Shown here: positions 28,479-39,011 of the stretch, in pieces
Position numbering within the stretch: position 1 is the first letter of the stretch
Layout of the letters: each line of letters begins with the position of its first letter
IMG/VR virus record: IMGVR_UViG_3300003877_000001
Coordinates: 124,001-188,000 of that record
Length of the DNA: 64,000 bases
Reading direction: 5' to 3' (one strand)
Notes under the pieces: model-generated
Databases searched by the model: none
The model's input: the letters and a program-made list of their open reading frames with translations, nothing else
Told to the model about the DNA's origin: nothing
Program-made: the position numbers and the translations under genes

Positions 28479-29456
28479 ATGATTGTTGTAACTGGTGCTG
28501 GTGGGTTTATTGGATCAAGGTTAGTTGAATATTTAAATAAACAAGAACACGAAGATATTATTGTTGTTGATGATTTTAATATTATTAAGAAAAAACAAAT
28601 TTTAAAACAATTTGAGTTTTTATTATACGTAGATAGGGAAAATTTCATCAATTTTTTAGATAGTAATGTAAAAAAAATTGATATTATTTATCATTTAGGT
28701 GCGAAAACAGATACAATAGAACCAGACAAAGAAATCTTTAATAAATTAAATTTAGAATATTCCAAAGACATCTATAATATTTGTGCAGATTATGGTATTC
28801 CTTTAATATATGCATCATCTGCTGCAACATATGGTAGAGGTGAATTTGGATACGAAGATGATGAAGAAGCTATAAAACATTTAAAACCATTAAATGCTTA
28901 TGGTGAATCAAAACAAGAATTTGATATTTGGTTATTAGAAGAACAAAAAACAAGAAGACCACCATTTGTTATTGGTCTTAAATTCTTCAATGTATATGGT
29001 TATGGTGAATATAATAAAGGTCGTATGGCTTCAGTTGTATATCATGCAATGAATCAAATAATGGAAACAAATAAAATGAATTTATTTAAATCACATAATC
29101 CTGATTATAAGGATGGTGAACAAATGAGAGATTTTATTTATGTTGATGATGTTGTAAAAATTTGTTATGAATTTATGACTAAAGGTTATGGTAATTCTGG
29201 TATATATAATGTAGGAACTGGAAAAGCTAGAACATTTCTGAGTTTAGCAAAAGGAGTATTTAAAGCATTAGATATTAAAGAAAATATTGAATTCATTGAT
29301 ACTCCAAAAGATTTAAGAGAGAATTACCAATATTATACACAAGCAACAACTAATAAGTTAGAAGAAATCGGAATAGATATTGATTTTATTGGTTTAGAAG
29401 ATGGTATCAATCAATATTTAGATACAATACTTTTCTATGAATATGTGAACATGTAA
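28479..29456 (+). CDS. rfaD: ADP-L-glycero-D-manno-heptose-6-epimerase
   Basis: IVVTGAGGFIGS, YASSAATYG, PLNAYGESK, FFNVYG..KGRMASV, RDFIYVDD, YQYYTQA. Confidence 0.9.
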   Translation: MIVVTGAGGFIGSRLVEYLNKQEHEDIIVVDDFNIIKKKQILKQFEFLLYVDRENFINFLDSNVKKIDIIYHLGAKTDTIEPDKEIFNKLNLEYSKDIYNICADYGIPLIYASSAATYGRGEFGYEDDEEAIKHLKPLNAYGESKQEFDIWLLEEQKTRRPPFVIGLKFFNVYGYGEYNKGRMASVVYHAMNQIMETNKMNLFKSHNPDYKDGEQMRDFIYVDDVVKICYEFMTKGYGNSGIYNVGTGKARTFLSLAKGVFKALDIKENIEFIDTPKDLRENYQYYTQATTNKLEEIGIDIDFIGLEDGINQYLDTILFYEYVNM

Positions 29457-29495
29457 CCTTTTTTCTTCGTTTACGTATAATTAGAAAACAAAGAT

Positions 29496-29758
29496 ATGGC
29501 AACATTATTAAAAAAGGATGTAGTTAGAGAAACCCATTTGATATGCTTGAATTCAGAGTTAAAGGTAAGCAACTAAGGTATGATGTACCTTTAGCATCTT
29601 GTATGAACTTAGCTTTCATTCAATTTATGGAAGATAATTATAAAGAAAGAGTTAAGAAATATAAACAAAAAAAAATCTTTAGGTATGAGATCAAGAAAAC
29701 CTAAAAGACCACCTAGAATATATGGTGATAAATGGTATAAAGCATTAAAATTTAAATA
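29496..29758 (+). pseudogene. frameshifted small gene remnant
   Basis: Coding-like segments in changing frames behind an intact promoter motif at 29452-29478. Confidence 0.4.
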
Positions 29759-30034
29759 ATGATTACTGAAAAAGATTTAGAAAATCAAAATACATTCTTC
29801 AAATATGGTCGTGGTGATTCATATGAAGGATATTGGTATGAAGGTAGTTTTGATTGTGGACTTCAAGTATATGATAATGGAATTAGCTTTTTTCTTCATG
29901 ACGAAGTTTATGGTAAAAAATGGCATATTAGAAATGTTGAAAGTCTAGAAGATTTAGAACAATTATATAATATTCTTTATCCTAAAGAGAAATTTGAAAT
30001 AGGTGAAAATAAAAACATTTATTAATTATGTATA

Positions 30035-30973
30035 TTATTTCGAAATTGTAAATCCTTTTATTGTTTTTTTATTTCCATTTAAAACATTATATACTGATGT
30101 TTCATCTAATTTTTTATTTTTACAAAATTCTCTCACATTTTTAAATTCATATTTAATACCTTCTTTATACAATGTGTGTCGATAATTATCAATATTCACT
30201 CTGATTTTTAATTCGGAAATTGTAAAATCTTCCCTTTTAAATGCAGTCCAATTACCAATAAACGTCATTTTAAATTTATTTAACATTAAAGGCATCATCA
30301 TTTTATTATTTAAATTCATTTTTCTGCAAAATTTAGAGAAATTATCAACTCTATAAAATTTATTTTCATTTTTATTATAAAAAATATATTGAAACCATAA
30401 CTTAGTTAAAGAATATTTTTCTTTTATTTCTTGATAATAGTGTGGTTTATTAATTATACTAGAAATAGTTGGTGATGTTAGATTATAATAATGACCAATT
30501 TCAGTATAATTTAAACCGCTATTATATTTAATAAAAATATTTAAAATATCATCATCCGATAAATTTTGTTTCGATTTTGATATTGCATTCTTATGTTTAA
30601 TGGATAACTTTCCATGATTAACAACACCAACAATTGGTGTTGAATTATATCCATCATAATATGCATTATATTTATCTATATAATACTGTTCTTTTTCTTT
30701 ATATTGATTTTTATCAATTTCTTCAAATAAAATAAATTCCCAATAATTAAAATTCATATTATACTTATTAAATGAATTTTGTAATTTAATTGAATGATGA
30801 TTACCCAATTTTAATTGATTTATATGTCTTCTAATCCTAACAATAATTCCACGTTTATTTGTAGAAGACCCAACATAATACTTATTTGTTTTTTTGTTTC
30901 TAATACCATAAACAAAAGAACCCTTTTTATTCTTATTAGTCACACAATTAACATTAACACCAATTATTTTCAT
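30035..30973 (-). CDS. GIY-YIG homing endonuclease
   Basis: VYGIRN..KYYVGSS..RIRRH..H..LQ.SFNKY..EQYYID..GYN; opposite strand to its neighbours. Confidence 0.85.
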   Translation of the reverse strand: MKIIGVNVNCVTNKNKKGSFVYGIRNKKTNKYYVGSSTNKRGIIVRIRRHINQLKLGNHHSIKLQNSFNKYNMNFNYWEFILFEEIDKNQYKEKEQYYIDKYNAYYDGYNSTPIVGVVNHGKLSIKHKNAISKSKQNLSDDDILNIFIKYNSGLNYTEIGHYYNLTSPTISSIINKPHYYQEIKEKYSLTKLWFQYIFYNKNENKFYRVDNFSKFCRKMNLNNKMMMPLMLNKFKMTFIGNWTAFKREDFTISELKIRVNIDNYRHTLYKEGIKYEFKNVREFCKNKKLDETSVYNVLNGNKKTIKGFTISK

Positions 30974-31063
30974 ACTAATAAATACGTAAATAATTTTAAA
31001 AAATTAAAAATATTAAAAAACAATTCTTTTTTTTTGTAACCAAATACATTTATTTACGTATTT

Positions 31064-31807
31064 ATGTATATGCTAATAACAAATACAAAATTTAAAGATT
31101 ATTATGATGGTGCTGTTGGTATGGGTATTGATAAAACCATTGTTTATGAACGTGCTACAAAGGATGTTTATTATAGTGAAGTAAAGGATTTAAATTTAAT
31201 TAAAACTTTACATCATGAAACATTATTCACTTATAGAATACCCAATAAATTGAATTTACCTAATTTTTATACATCATCAAAATCAAAATATGATGATGTT
31301 AGTTTATTTATTATAGGTTTTTGTGGTAAATACTATTTAGGATTTAAATTTATTAGAAAAATTCTGGATAAATGGGGTTACGATAGTCATAAAACTAAAA
31401 CTTTCATAACATATAATGTTGATGAAGCAAAAAAAGAATTATCGTTTGATAATGAATATTCTTGGAAAAAATCTAAAAAGAATCAACAAAAAAATCTAAT
31501 TGCTTTTAATGCTTTTGTTGATAAAATCAAAAATTTAGATGATAGTAAAGTGTTTTCTAATTACCATACTCCAATTTTTTTAATTAAAGAAACGGATATA
31601 GTATTTGAAATTAATCCTGAATTAAAAGAATTTGATTTCTATAAGGTAGTTGATACATATACAGCATTCCAAGAAGTTCAAATGTATATTTCAGGTGTAC
31701 TTGGTACAAATGAAGATGGTCATGATACACCAATGTCAGAGAAAGAAAAAGTGCAACAACATGGTTTTGATCAAAAATATGGATTTAGAACAAGACCAAA
31801 AGATTGA
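31064..31807 (+). CDS. hypothetical phage protein
   Basis: 247-aa ORF (KFKDYYD..., HGFD..YGFR). Confidence 0.7.
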   Translation: MYMLITNTKFKDYYDGAVGMGIDKTIVYERATKDVYYSEVKDLNLIKTLHHETLFTYRIPNKLNLPNFYTSSKSKYDDVSLFIIGFCGKYYLGFKFIRKILDKWGYDSHKTKTFITYNVDEAKKELSFDNEYSWKKSKKNQQKNLIAFNAFVDKIKNLDDSKVFSNYHTPIFLIKETDIVFEINPELKEFDFYKVVDTYTAFQEVQMYISGVLGTNEDGHDTPMSEKEKVQQHGFDQKYGFRTRPKD

Positions 31808-32038
31808 CATTGTAAAATATATTAACTAACTTTGGATTATGAAAACAATAAAATTAAATGAAGAACAAGTAAAATTTTTAATTGGTGCATTAGAAAGTGA
31901 AGGATTTGGTATTTGGGATGATCCTAGTGCATATGGATTTGAAGAAGAAGATTTTGAAAACGATCCACAAGGAGTTGAAAAAAAAATTGAAGCATTTAAA
32001 TATGAAGTTTGTGATAAAGTATTAAAACAATTAAAGTA

Positions 32039-32566
32039 ATGTTAAGAGTAACAAAAGTAAAAGAAGCAGCATATCTTGCAATATCATTGCATGGTACACA
32101 AACATATGATAAACATCCATATTACTATCACTTAGAACAAGTAGTTGATGTATTGAAAGAGTTTGAATTTACTGAAGATAAGTATATTATCTCTGGATAT
32201 CTTCATGATGTAATGGAAGATACTGCAATTTCATATAACGATATTAAAAATCAATTTGGTGAAGAGATTGCTGAAATAGTTTATGCTGTAACTGATGAAC
32301 TTGGTAGAAACAGAAAAGAACGTAAAGCTAAAACATACCCTAAAATTAAAGCAAATGAAGATGCAATAATTGTAAAACTTGCAGATAGAATAGCTAATGT
32401 TAGAAATTCTTTAAAACATAAACCTGAAATGGCTAAAATGTATGCTAAAGAATTTGAAGGATTTAAGGAAGCACTATATACCCCAATGGATCAAATTGGA
32501 TATAGTATAAGTGCACAATCAATGTGGATTATATTAGAGAATATTATATTTAATAAATTAATATGA
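32039..32566 (+). CDS. stand-alone RelA/SpoT-type HD hydrolase (Mesh1/SAH-like)
   Basis: H..Q..PY..HL..V, LHDVMEDT, FG..IA.IV..VTD, VKLADRIAN. Confidence 0.85.
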   Translation: MLRVTKVKEAAYLAISLHGTQTYDKHPYYYHLEQVVDVLKEFEFTEDKYIISGYLHDVMEDTAISYNDIKNQFGEEIAEIVYAVTDELGRNRKERKAKTYPKIKANEDAIIVKLADRIANVRNSLKHKPEMAKMYAKEFEGFKEALYTPMDQIGYSISAQSMWIILENIIFNKLI

Positions 32567-33087
32567 GTTTTTTCGTAGTAGATATAGAAGCTGATAACAC
32601 AACACCTGCATCAGGTTCAATGGTATGTTTTGGTGCTGTTAAAGTAAGCGAAGAACTAGATGAAACGTTCTATGGTGAATTAGCACCCATTGCTCCCATA
32701 TGGAATCCTGATGCATTAAAAATTTCAGGATTTTCTAGAGAAGAAACTGAAGCATTTCCTGAACCAGATAAAGCAATGAAAGATTTTGCAGAATGGGTTT
32801 TAGATGTTAATAAATCAGGTAGACCTATTTTCTTTTCAGATAATTTAGCATTTGATTGGATGTGGATAGCTTTCTATTTTGATTTATGTGGTATTAAAAA
32901 TCCATTTGGATATTCAGGTAGAAGAATTGGTGATATTATTACTGGTTTAGAAAATGATATGTTTGTTAAATGGAAAAAATGGAGAAAAACTAAACATGAT
33001 CACAATCCTGTGAATGATGCTATGGGTAATGCAGAAGTTCTTATTAAATTAAGAGATGATTATAACTTAAATATAAAGTTAAAATGA
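32563..33087 (+). CDS. DEDDh 3'-5' exonuclease
   Basis: VDIEAD, N.AFD, HNPVNDA. Confidence 0.8.
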   Translation: MSFFVVDIEADNTTPASGSMVCFGAVKVSEELDETFYGELAPIAPIWNPDALKISGFSREETEAFPEPDKAMKDFAEWVLDVNKSGRPIFFSDNLAFDWMWIAFYFDLCGIKNPFGYSGRRIGDIITGLENDMFVKWKKWRKTKHDHNPVNDAMGNAEVLIKLRDDYNLNIKLK

Positions 33088-33591
33088 TAATGAATAATTT
33101 AGAAATTATAGAAACTGAATTAGGAAAAATACCTGTCATTGTTAATGAAGTTATTGAGAATGGTGAATTAAGATATGATGGTAGAATGTTATATGAAGAT
33201 ATAAAAATATTCATTCAAACACCTACTAAAGAATCATGTCTAGCAGGACTAAAAAATGGATTTGAAATTCAAATGCATTTTTGGTTATATAAAGAACTAT
33301 TCCCAATAAATATTGATTTAAGAAATGAATAAATTTGAGTTACTTAAACAAGTATATTATAATAGTAATTATGATAGATATTGTGATGGGTATAAAGTAA
33401 TAATTGAAACATTATCACCTGAAAAACGAGAAGAATTAGGTATTGATGATACTGATCTTCAAGAAATTATAAAAGAAGGTGAAAAATATTTATATAGGGT
33501 TGCTAAAGAAAACGGTAAATTTAAATATATGGCAATTTCATTAAAAAGTTTTGAGATTATAAGAAAATATTATGAATATTTTAAAGATATT

Positions 33592-33712
33592 TGATTGGTT
33601 AAGATACGATAAATAAATTGCTGCAACGAAACAGCGACTCCGTAAGGTAAGATTTAGGGACTTACATGGATTAGTTGCATTGGGTGGAGAATCGGGACTC
33701 CCAACAATCAAA
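33592..33712 (+). ncRNA. candidate structured RNA upstream of the suppressor tRNA
   Basis: GC-enriched intergenic segment; TTGATTG/CAATCAA, TGCAAC/GTTGCA, GTAAG/CTTAC and TTGGG/CCCAA pairings. Confidence 0.4.
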
Positions 33713-33716
33713 TTAA

Positions 33717-33786
33717 GTTGCCATAGGTTGGTGTAAAATATTAGTCTCTAAAACTAATAACGAGAGTTCGAATCTCTCTGGCAGCA
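33717..33786 (+). tRNA. amber-suppressor tRNA (anticodon CTA)
   Basis: GTTGCCA/TGGCAGC-A; TTAGT-ctCTAaa-ACTAA; GAGAG-ttcgaat-CTCTC; weak D-arm. Confidence 0.78.
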
Positions 33787-34251
33787 CTTAAATATTAAAA
33801 ATATGAAAGATAATGTAGAATATAAAATAGTTTCTAGTGATTCAACTGATTTCATGGGAAATAGAGTAAGTAAATTAATGTCAGAGGGTTGGGTATTATA
33901 TGGAAGTCCATATTTTAATAGTCAAAAAGAATCTAATTGTCAAGCAATGGTTAGACACCCAAAAACTAAAGAAATTTTAAACGATTAACATGTCAAAAGT
34001 ATATGTTGATTTAAGAGTAGAAGCATTTGAAGAAGATTTAAATGATTTTCTAACATTATTAGGAAAAATTAATTATACAGGACGTATTGGTGCAAGCAGA
34101 AGCATTAAAGTAAATATTGATGGTGATGGTTCTGGTTATATTGGTGTTAAAAGACTAAGTGATAAAAAACCAATACATGAATGGGTAAATTTAGATGAAA
34201 AACAATTAAAAAAAGTGTCTGACGGTGAAGACTTTGACGACCATTATATAG

Positions 34252-35007
34252 GTGAATAATATGAAAGAAGCTGTACAAGTAGTAATACTAAATGAAGATG
34301 GCGAAGTCTTAGCAGTAAGTAGAAAACACGATCATAACGATTTCGGTTTAGTTGGGGGCAAAGTCGATAATGGTGAAAGTCCTATTCAAGCAATTATAAG
34401 AGAAACTAAAGAAGAAACTGGTTTAACGCTATATGAAGGTGGATTATTTCCAATTTTTCAAATGCATAAGAATGGTTATATGAGTTATACTTATCTTGTA
34501 AAAGTTTATGATGGGAACATTCATACAGATGAAAATCATGTAGTTAAATGGACATCATTTAATACAGTTATTGATGGTAGTTTTGGTGAATGGAATTATT
34601 TGGTTGCTGAATCATTGATTAGTATGGGTATTGATTTCGATTATGTATATACTAAAAAGAATAGATTTGAAAACTATTATCAATATGATTGGTCATATTC
34701 AACACCTAAAAAATTTAAATATGGTTCGCAAGGAGACTGGAATGTTACTATTATTACTAAATTAAATCTTGCTTTGGTAGAATCTAATGAAAATACAGAT
34801 GCAGATAGTTATCATACTATTTATGTCCCAATTAAATATGAAAATATTTTTAAAGAAATAATTACTTATAATTCAGAAAAAAAATTATTGTTTGATAAAT
34901 GGAAAATAATATATATTTCTAACAATTTAAATTTTATTTATAGTGATAGATATATGTTTAAAGTAAATATTTTAAACTTTAAAGATAAAAAGGTTGCAAC
35001 TGTGTAA
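34252..35007 (+). CDS. Nudix hydrolase with C-terminal extension
   Basis: GGKVDNGESPIQAIIRETKEETGL. Confidence 0.85.
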   Translation: MNNMKEAVQVVILNEDGEVLAVSRKHDHNDFGLVGGKVDNGESPIQAIIRETKEETGLTLYEGGLFPIFQMHKNGYMSYTYLVKVYDGNIHTDENHVVKWTSFNTVIDGSFGEWNYLVAESLISMGIDFDYVYTKKNRFENYYQYDWSYSTPKKFKYGSQGDWNVTIITKLNLALVESNENTDADSYHTIYVPIKYENIFKEIITYNSEKKLLFDKWKIIYISNNLNFIYSDRYMFKVNILNFKDKKVATV

Positions 35008-35050
35008 CTTTTTTATTATTATTGTGTATATATATTAAAGAAAGAATATT

Positions 35051-35164
35051 ATGAACAAAGACATTATTACTTGGAGAGATTTCGGTGGCTAGACTCAAGA
35101 CCATAAATTAGTTACCATAACTAGACAGGATTTATTTAAAATAGTATTTATATTAAAAGATACT
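35051..35164 (+). other. amber-interrupted 5' fragment of a Pth2-like gene (MNKDIITWRDFGG*TQDHKLVTITRQDL...)
   Basis: TAG at 35090-35092; frame stays open into the ORF at 35165. Confidence 0.6.
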
Positions 35165-35881
35165 ATGAATACATCTGAATTTATTAAAAAAGCACAAAAT
35201 ATTCATGGGGAAAAATATTCTTATGATATTAGTAATTATTTAAATAATAAAACTAAGATAATTATTATTTGCTCTAAACATGGTGAATTTCAACAAACAC
35301 CAAGTAGACATTTAACAGGCGATGGATGTCCCAAATGTGCTAGAGAATTTGTTAGTAAATTAAATACTAAAACAACCAAACAATTTATTGAAGAATCAAA
35401 ATTAATTCATTCTAATAAATATGATTATAAGAAATCTAATTATATTTCAATATACGAACCACTTACAATTATATGTTCAAAACATGGTGATTTTCAACAA
35501 AAACCACATACACATTTAAAAGGTTCTGGTTGTCCATATTGTGGAAATAACTCAAAAGGTGAATCTAAAATAAAAAGAATATTAGATGCTAATAAAATTG
35601 ATTATATTTCACAAAAATATTTTAATAATTGTAAGGGAATTAAAAGAAAATTACCGTTTGATTTTTATTTACCAAAACAAAATATTTTAATAGAATATGA
35701 CGGAGTACAACATTTTAGACCTGTCGATATTTTTGGTGGTCAAATTGGGTTTGAAAAAACTAAAACTAATGATACTATAAAAAATAAATACTCACTAGAT
35801 AATGGTATAAAATTATTTAGAATAAAATATAATGAAAATCTTGAAAATAAACTAAATAGAATAATTATGGAAAATACTTAG
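35165..35881 (+). CDS. DUF723-repeat / PD-(D/E)XK homing endonuclease
   Basis: Two IICSKHG.F.Q.P..HL.G.GCP repeats; FDFYLP..IEYDG.QH. Confidence 0.85.
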   Translation: MNTSEFIKKAQNIHGEKYSYDISNYLNNKTKIIIICSKHGEFQQTPSRHLTGDGCPKCAREFVSKLNTKTTKQFIEESKLIHSNKYDYKKSNYISIYEPLTIICSKHGDFQQKPHTHLKGSGCPYCGNNSKGESKIKRILDANKIDYISQKYFNNCKGIKRKLPFDFYLPKQNILIEYDGVQHFRPVDIFGGQIGFEKTKTNDTIKNKYSLDNGIKLFRIKYNENLENKLNRIIMENT

Positions 35882-36262
35882 ATACATCCAAATTTAATTA
35901 CTATTGTGAGAAGCGATATAAAAGTAGGTATGATGATAGCACAAAGCTGCCATTCTGTTGCAGACTTCGCATATCACAAACCTTACGAATTTAAAAATTG
36001 GAGAGAAAATTCTAATTACAAAATATGTCTTGCATCTAAAGACGAGAAATCTCTAATTAAACTTTACAATAAACTTATCGACAAAGGAGCACAAGTAATT
36101 GCTTTTCATGAACCTGATTTAGGTAATGAAATGACAGCAATGACATTACTTGGTGAACCTGATATTAAAAAACATACGTCTTATTTACCATTAGCTGGTA
36201 AAGAATATGAGAGTGTAGATAATCCCCCGACTCTAATTAAATTAAATAAATATGAAAGATAG
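35867..36262 (+). CDS. peptidyl-tRNA hydrolase (PTH2-like), with an in-frame TAG at codon 5 if started at ATG 35867
   Basis: MENT*IHPNLITIVRSDIKVGMMIAQSCHS..W..KICL..FHEPDLGNEMTA..LPL. Confidence 0.75.
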
Positions 36263-36828
36263 ATAAATAAAAATTCGTGATCCATAATATCGGCTCTAGA
36301 ACCGATAAGTATAGTATATCGGCTGTACAGCCGATAATTAAAATAAAATTAGACTGTTTACTATTGATAGTAAACAATAAAATAAAAATTATGGAAACTT
36401 TAGAAATAGAAAAAATAAAAGAAAATAGTGCAAGTGTACTTGCACAAGCAACAATATGTGGAATTCAATGAATACCAATATAAGAATAATATAAATCCTT
36501 CATTTATAGATGAAGATGAATTAAATGTGGAAATTATGAATTTATCGTTAAACCAAAGAAAGAAACTCAAAAGAGCAATTAATACTTTTAGAATAAAAGG
36601 AAGTTTACAATCAGTAAATAGATTTTATCATTTTATAATGAAGAAAGTATTAAAATCAGATACTAGAATTGGTGTTATTTTTGGTAAAAAGCAATTAGAA
36701 ATTATTGAAAGACGTAAGAAATTCGTTGCTGCTCGTAATGAAATGATTAAAATGCGTAATGAATATCATAATGAAAAAGCAGATTTTTATAAACTAAGAA
36801 TTGTCAAAGGACAAAAAATACAATAATT

Positions 36829-37470
36829 ATGAAAACGAAAGAATTTATAAAAATGCTAAAGGAAGCAGACCCATCAGGTGAAGCATATGTTCGCTTACCT
36901 GATGGTGGTGCACCATATTATGCTGAACACAAAGAAGGTTATTGGGATGGTGCATATCAATACTTAGAAAAAATTGATGGTCATAAACCAACATTAATAA
37001 CATCAACAAGAGGTTCAAAAGTAGATATTACTTCATTACATATTGATGATATTGTTTGGGAAGAAGATGGTAATATTGAACGTATTAAAAATAGACTTCG
37101 TTTTGATATGACATTTTATCCAGATGTTAATAATAATAAAATTAATACATATATGAAATATGTTGAAGAAGAAGCTGAATGGGTACATAAAAAACATATT
37201 GATTCAGTTGAAGATTGGAAAAATAGGGTTTTAGAAAAGTGGTTTAATGAAGAAGATATAATTACTACCGAAATAAGACAACCTTTAGATAAAAAAATTG
37301 GTTGGTTTAATCAAATGACTGCACATCATCTTTTTAAATCTAAACAACATCTTTGTCAAGGTGAATGTATGGCAATTATAGAATCTGGTGAATTTTATCC
37401 TGAAAAGAATAAAAAATATTATATTTGGAGATATAATCCAGAGAAAGGTAAAAAATGGTCGTTAAAATAA
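36829..37470 (+). CDS. hypothetical protein
   Basis: 213-aa ORF followed by a terminator at 37468-37495. Confidence 0.65.
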   Translation: MKTKEFIKMLKEADPSGEAYVRLPDGGAPYYAEHKEGYWDGAYQYLEKIDGHKPTLITSTRGSKVDITSLHIDDIVWEEDGNIERIKNRLRFDMTFYPDVNNNKINTYMKYVEEEAEWVHKKHIDSVEDWKNRVLEKWFNEEDIITTEIRQPLDKKIGWFNQMTAHHLFKSKQHLCQGECMAIIESGEFYPEKNKKYYIWRYNPEKGKKWSLK

Positions 37471-38591
37471 AGGGGTTAATCACCCCCCTTTTCTTGCATT
37501 TCTAATTTCTTTTTATTAAGTTTGTAACCAATAATAATATAATTTAAAACATACACACAAATGTCAGAAGAAAATGAAGAATTAAACCAAGAAGAAGAAG
37601 TAAGTCTTAACATTACACCAGAACTAAATCCTAATCAAGTTGTAGATACACTTGCAGATGGTACAGAAATACTACGTGATGAACTTGAAGAAGTTGATGA
37701 AGAAATTAGTGATGATAATCTACGTAAATTGGTAGAATTCACTACTGGTGAAAAGAACTTAACAGATAAACAATTAGAAACACTTAGAAATGATGATACT
37801 GAATTACAACGATTGATTAGAATATCAATGGTTAAGTCTGCACATTATAAGTATGCACCTAAAAAGAAGTTTGGTGCTAGTTATAAAAAAAATAGACAGC
37901 GTAAAAATCGTGCCGTAAAAGCATCTAGAAGAGCAAATAGATAATATGGCTGAAATAGAAGATAGAAATTGGGAAAAGGTACATGGATACATTACTGAAA
38001 ATGAAGTAGATGTTAGATGGATATTAAGACAACCTGATGATCCAAAAGCACATGGTTCACTTAGAATTGTATCACATCCCGATTTAAAACCGGGTTATCT
38101 TCGTGCATTTGTTTCTTTTGTAACAGGAAGAAGACCTAAAACACCTGAAGAGATTGCATTTGCATTAGATGAATATAAAATGGAAGAAACTGAACTTGAA
38201 ATATATTCAATAGATGAACATATAACAACTGTTGATAGAACATTAGAAGATAGATTTCAAGATTTAGAAAAATTATTTGGTATAAGTATTTTTAAGTAAT
38301 GAAAAAAATAGAAAACGAATCATTAATTTATGTCTTAAAAAAAATGTGTTCATATGTAAATGTTAAATATGAAGATATTGATTTTAAGAAAGATAATTGG
38401 TATTGGGAATATGAATGGACACAAGAACAAGAACAAGATTTTATTGAATGGTTAAGTAATGAAATAAAAACAAACAATAAAATACGAAAGGATATGTCTT
38501 CATTATCATATAGACCTAGTAAAAAAAGATCAAACACCTTTGCAACACATTTTAATATGATGTTTGGATGGAAAACTAAACAAAAAGAAAC

Positions 38592-39011
38592 ATGACAAGT
38601 ACAAAAAGAGCAAAATTAGAAGTAACAGAGAATCAAAAAAATGTTTTAAATGCACAATTAGAACAACTCACAAATCAATTTAAACAAAGACTTGAGCAAT
38701 ATGAAAAACAAAATGGAAAACCATATTCTGTTCAATTAAAAGAAAGCATTGATTATGATTATGTAAATCCACAACATTATGTTCAAAATGATGGTAGACA
38801 AACTTGGGAACATATGGTTGATGAATTTGGTGCATATGAAACGGCAGTTTTCTGTAAGTTAAATGCATATAAATATAAAGATAGAATAGGTAAGAAACCA
38901 AATGAGGATGTTGAACGTGAACAAGCTAAAATAGATTGGTATGAAGCCAAAGCTGTTGAACTATTTGATGAAGTAAATAAAAATTATGAGCAATACAAAA
39001 GAATTAATTGA
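38592..39011 (+). CDS. DUF3310-like protein
   Basis: VNPQHY..FC..NAYKY..R.GKK..K..WY. Confidence 0.75.
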   Translation: MTSTKRAKLEVTENQKNVLNAQLEQLTNQFKQRLEQYEKQNGKPYSVQLKESIDYDYVNPQHYVQNDGRQTWEHMVDEFGAYETAVFCKLNAYKYKDRIGKKPNEDVEREQAKIDWYEAKAVELFDEVNKNYEQYKRIN

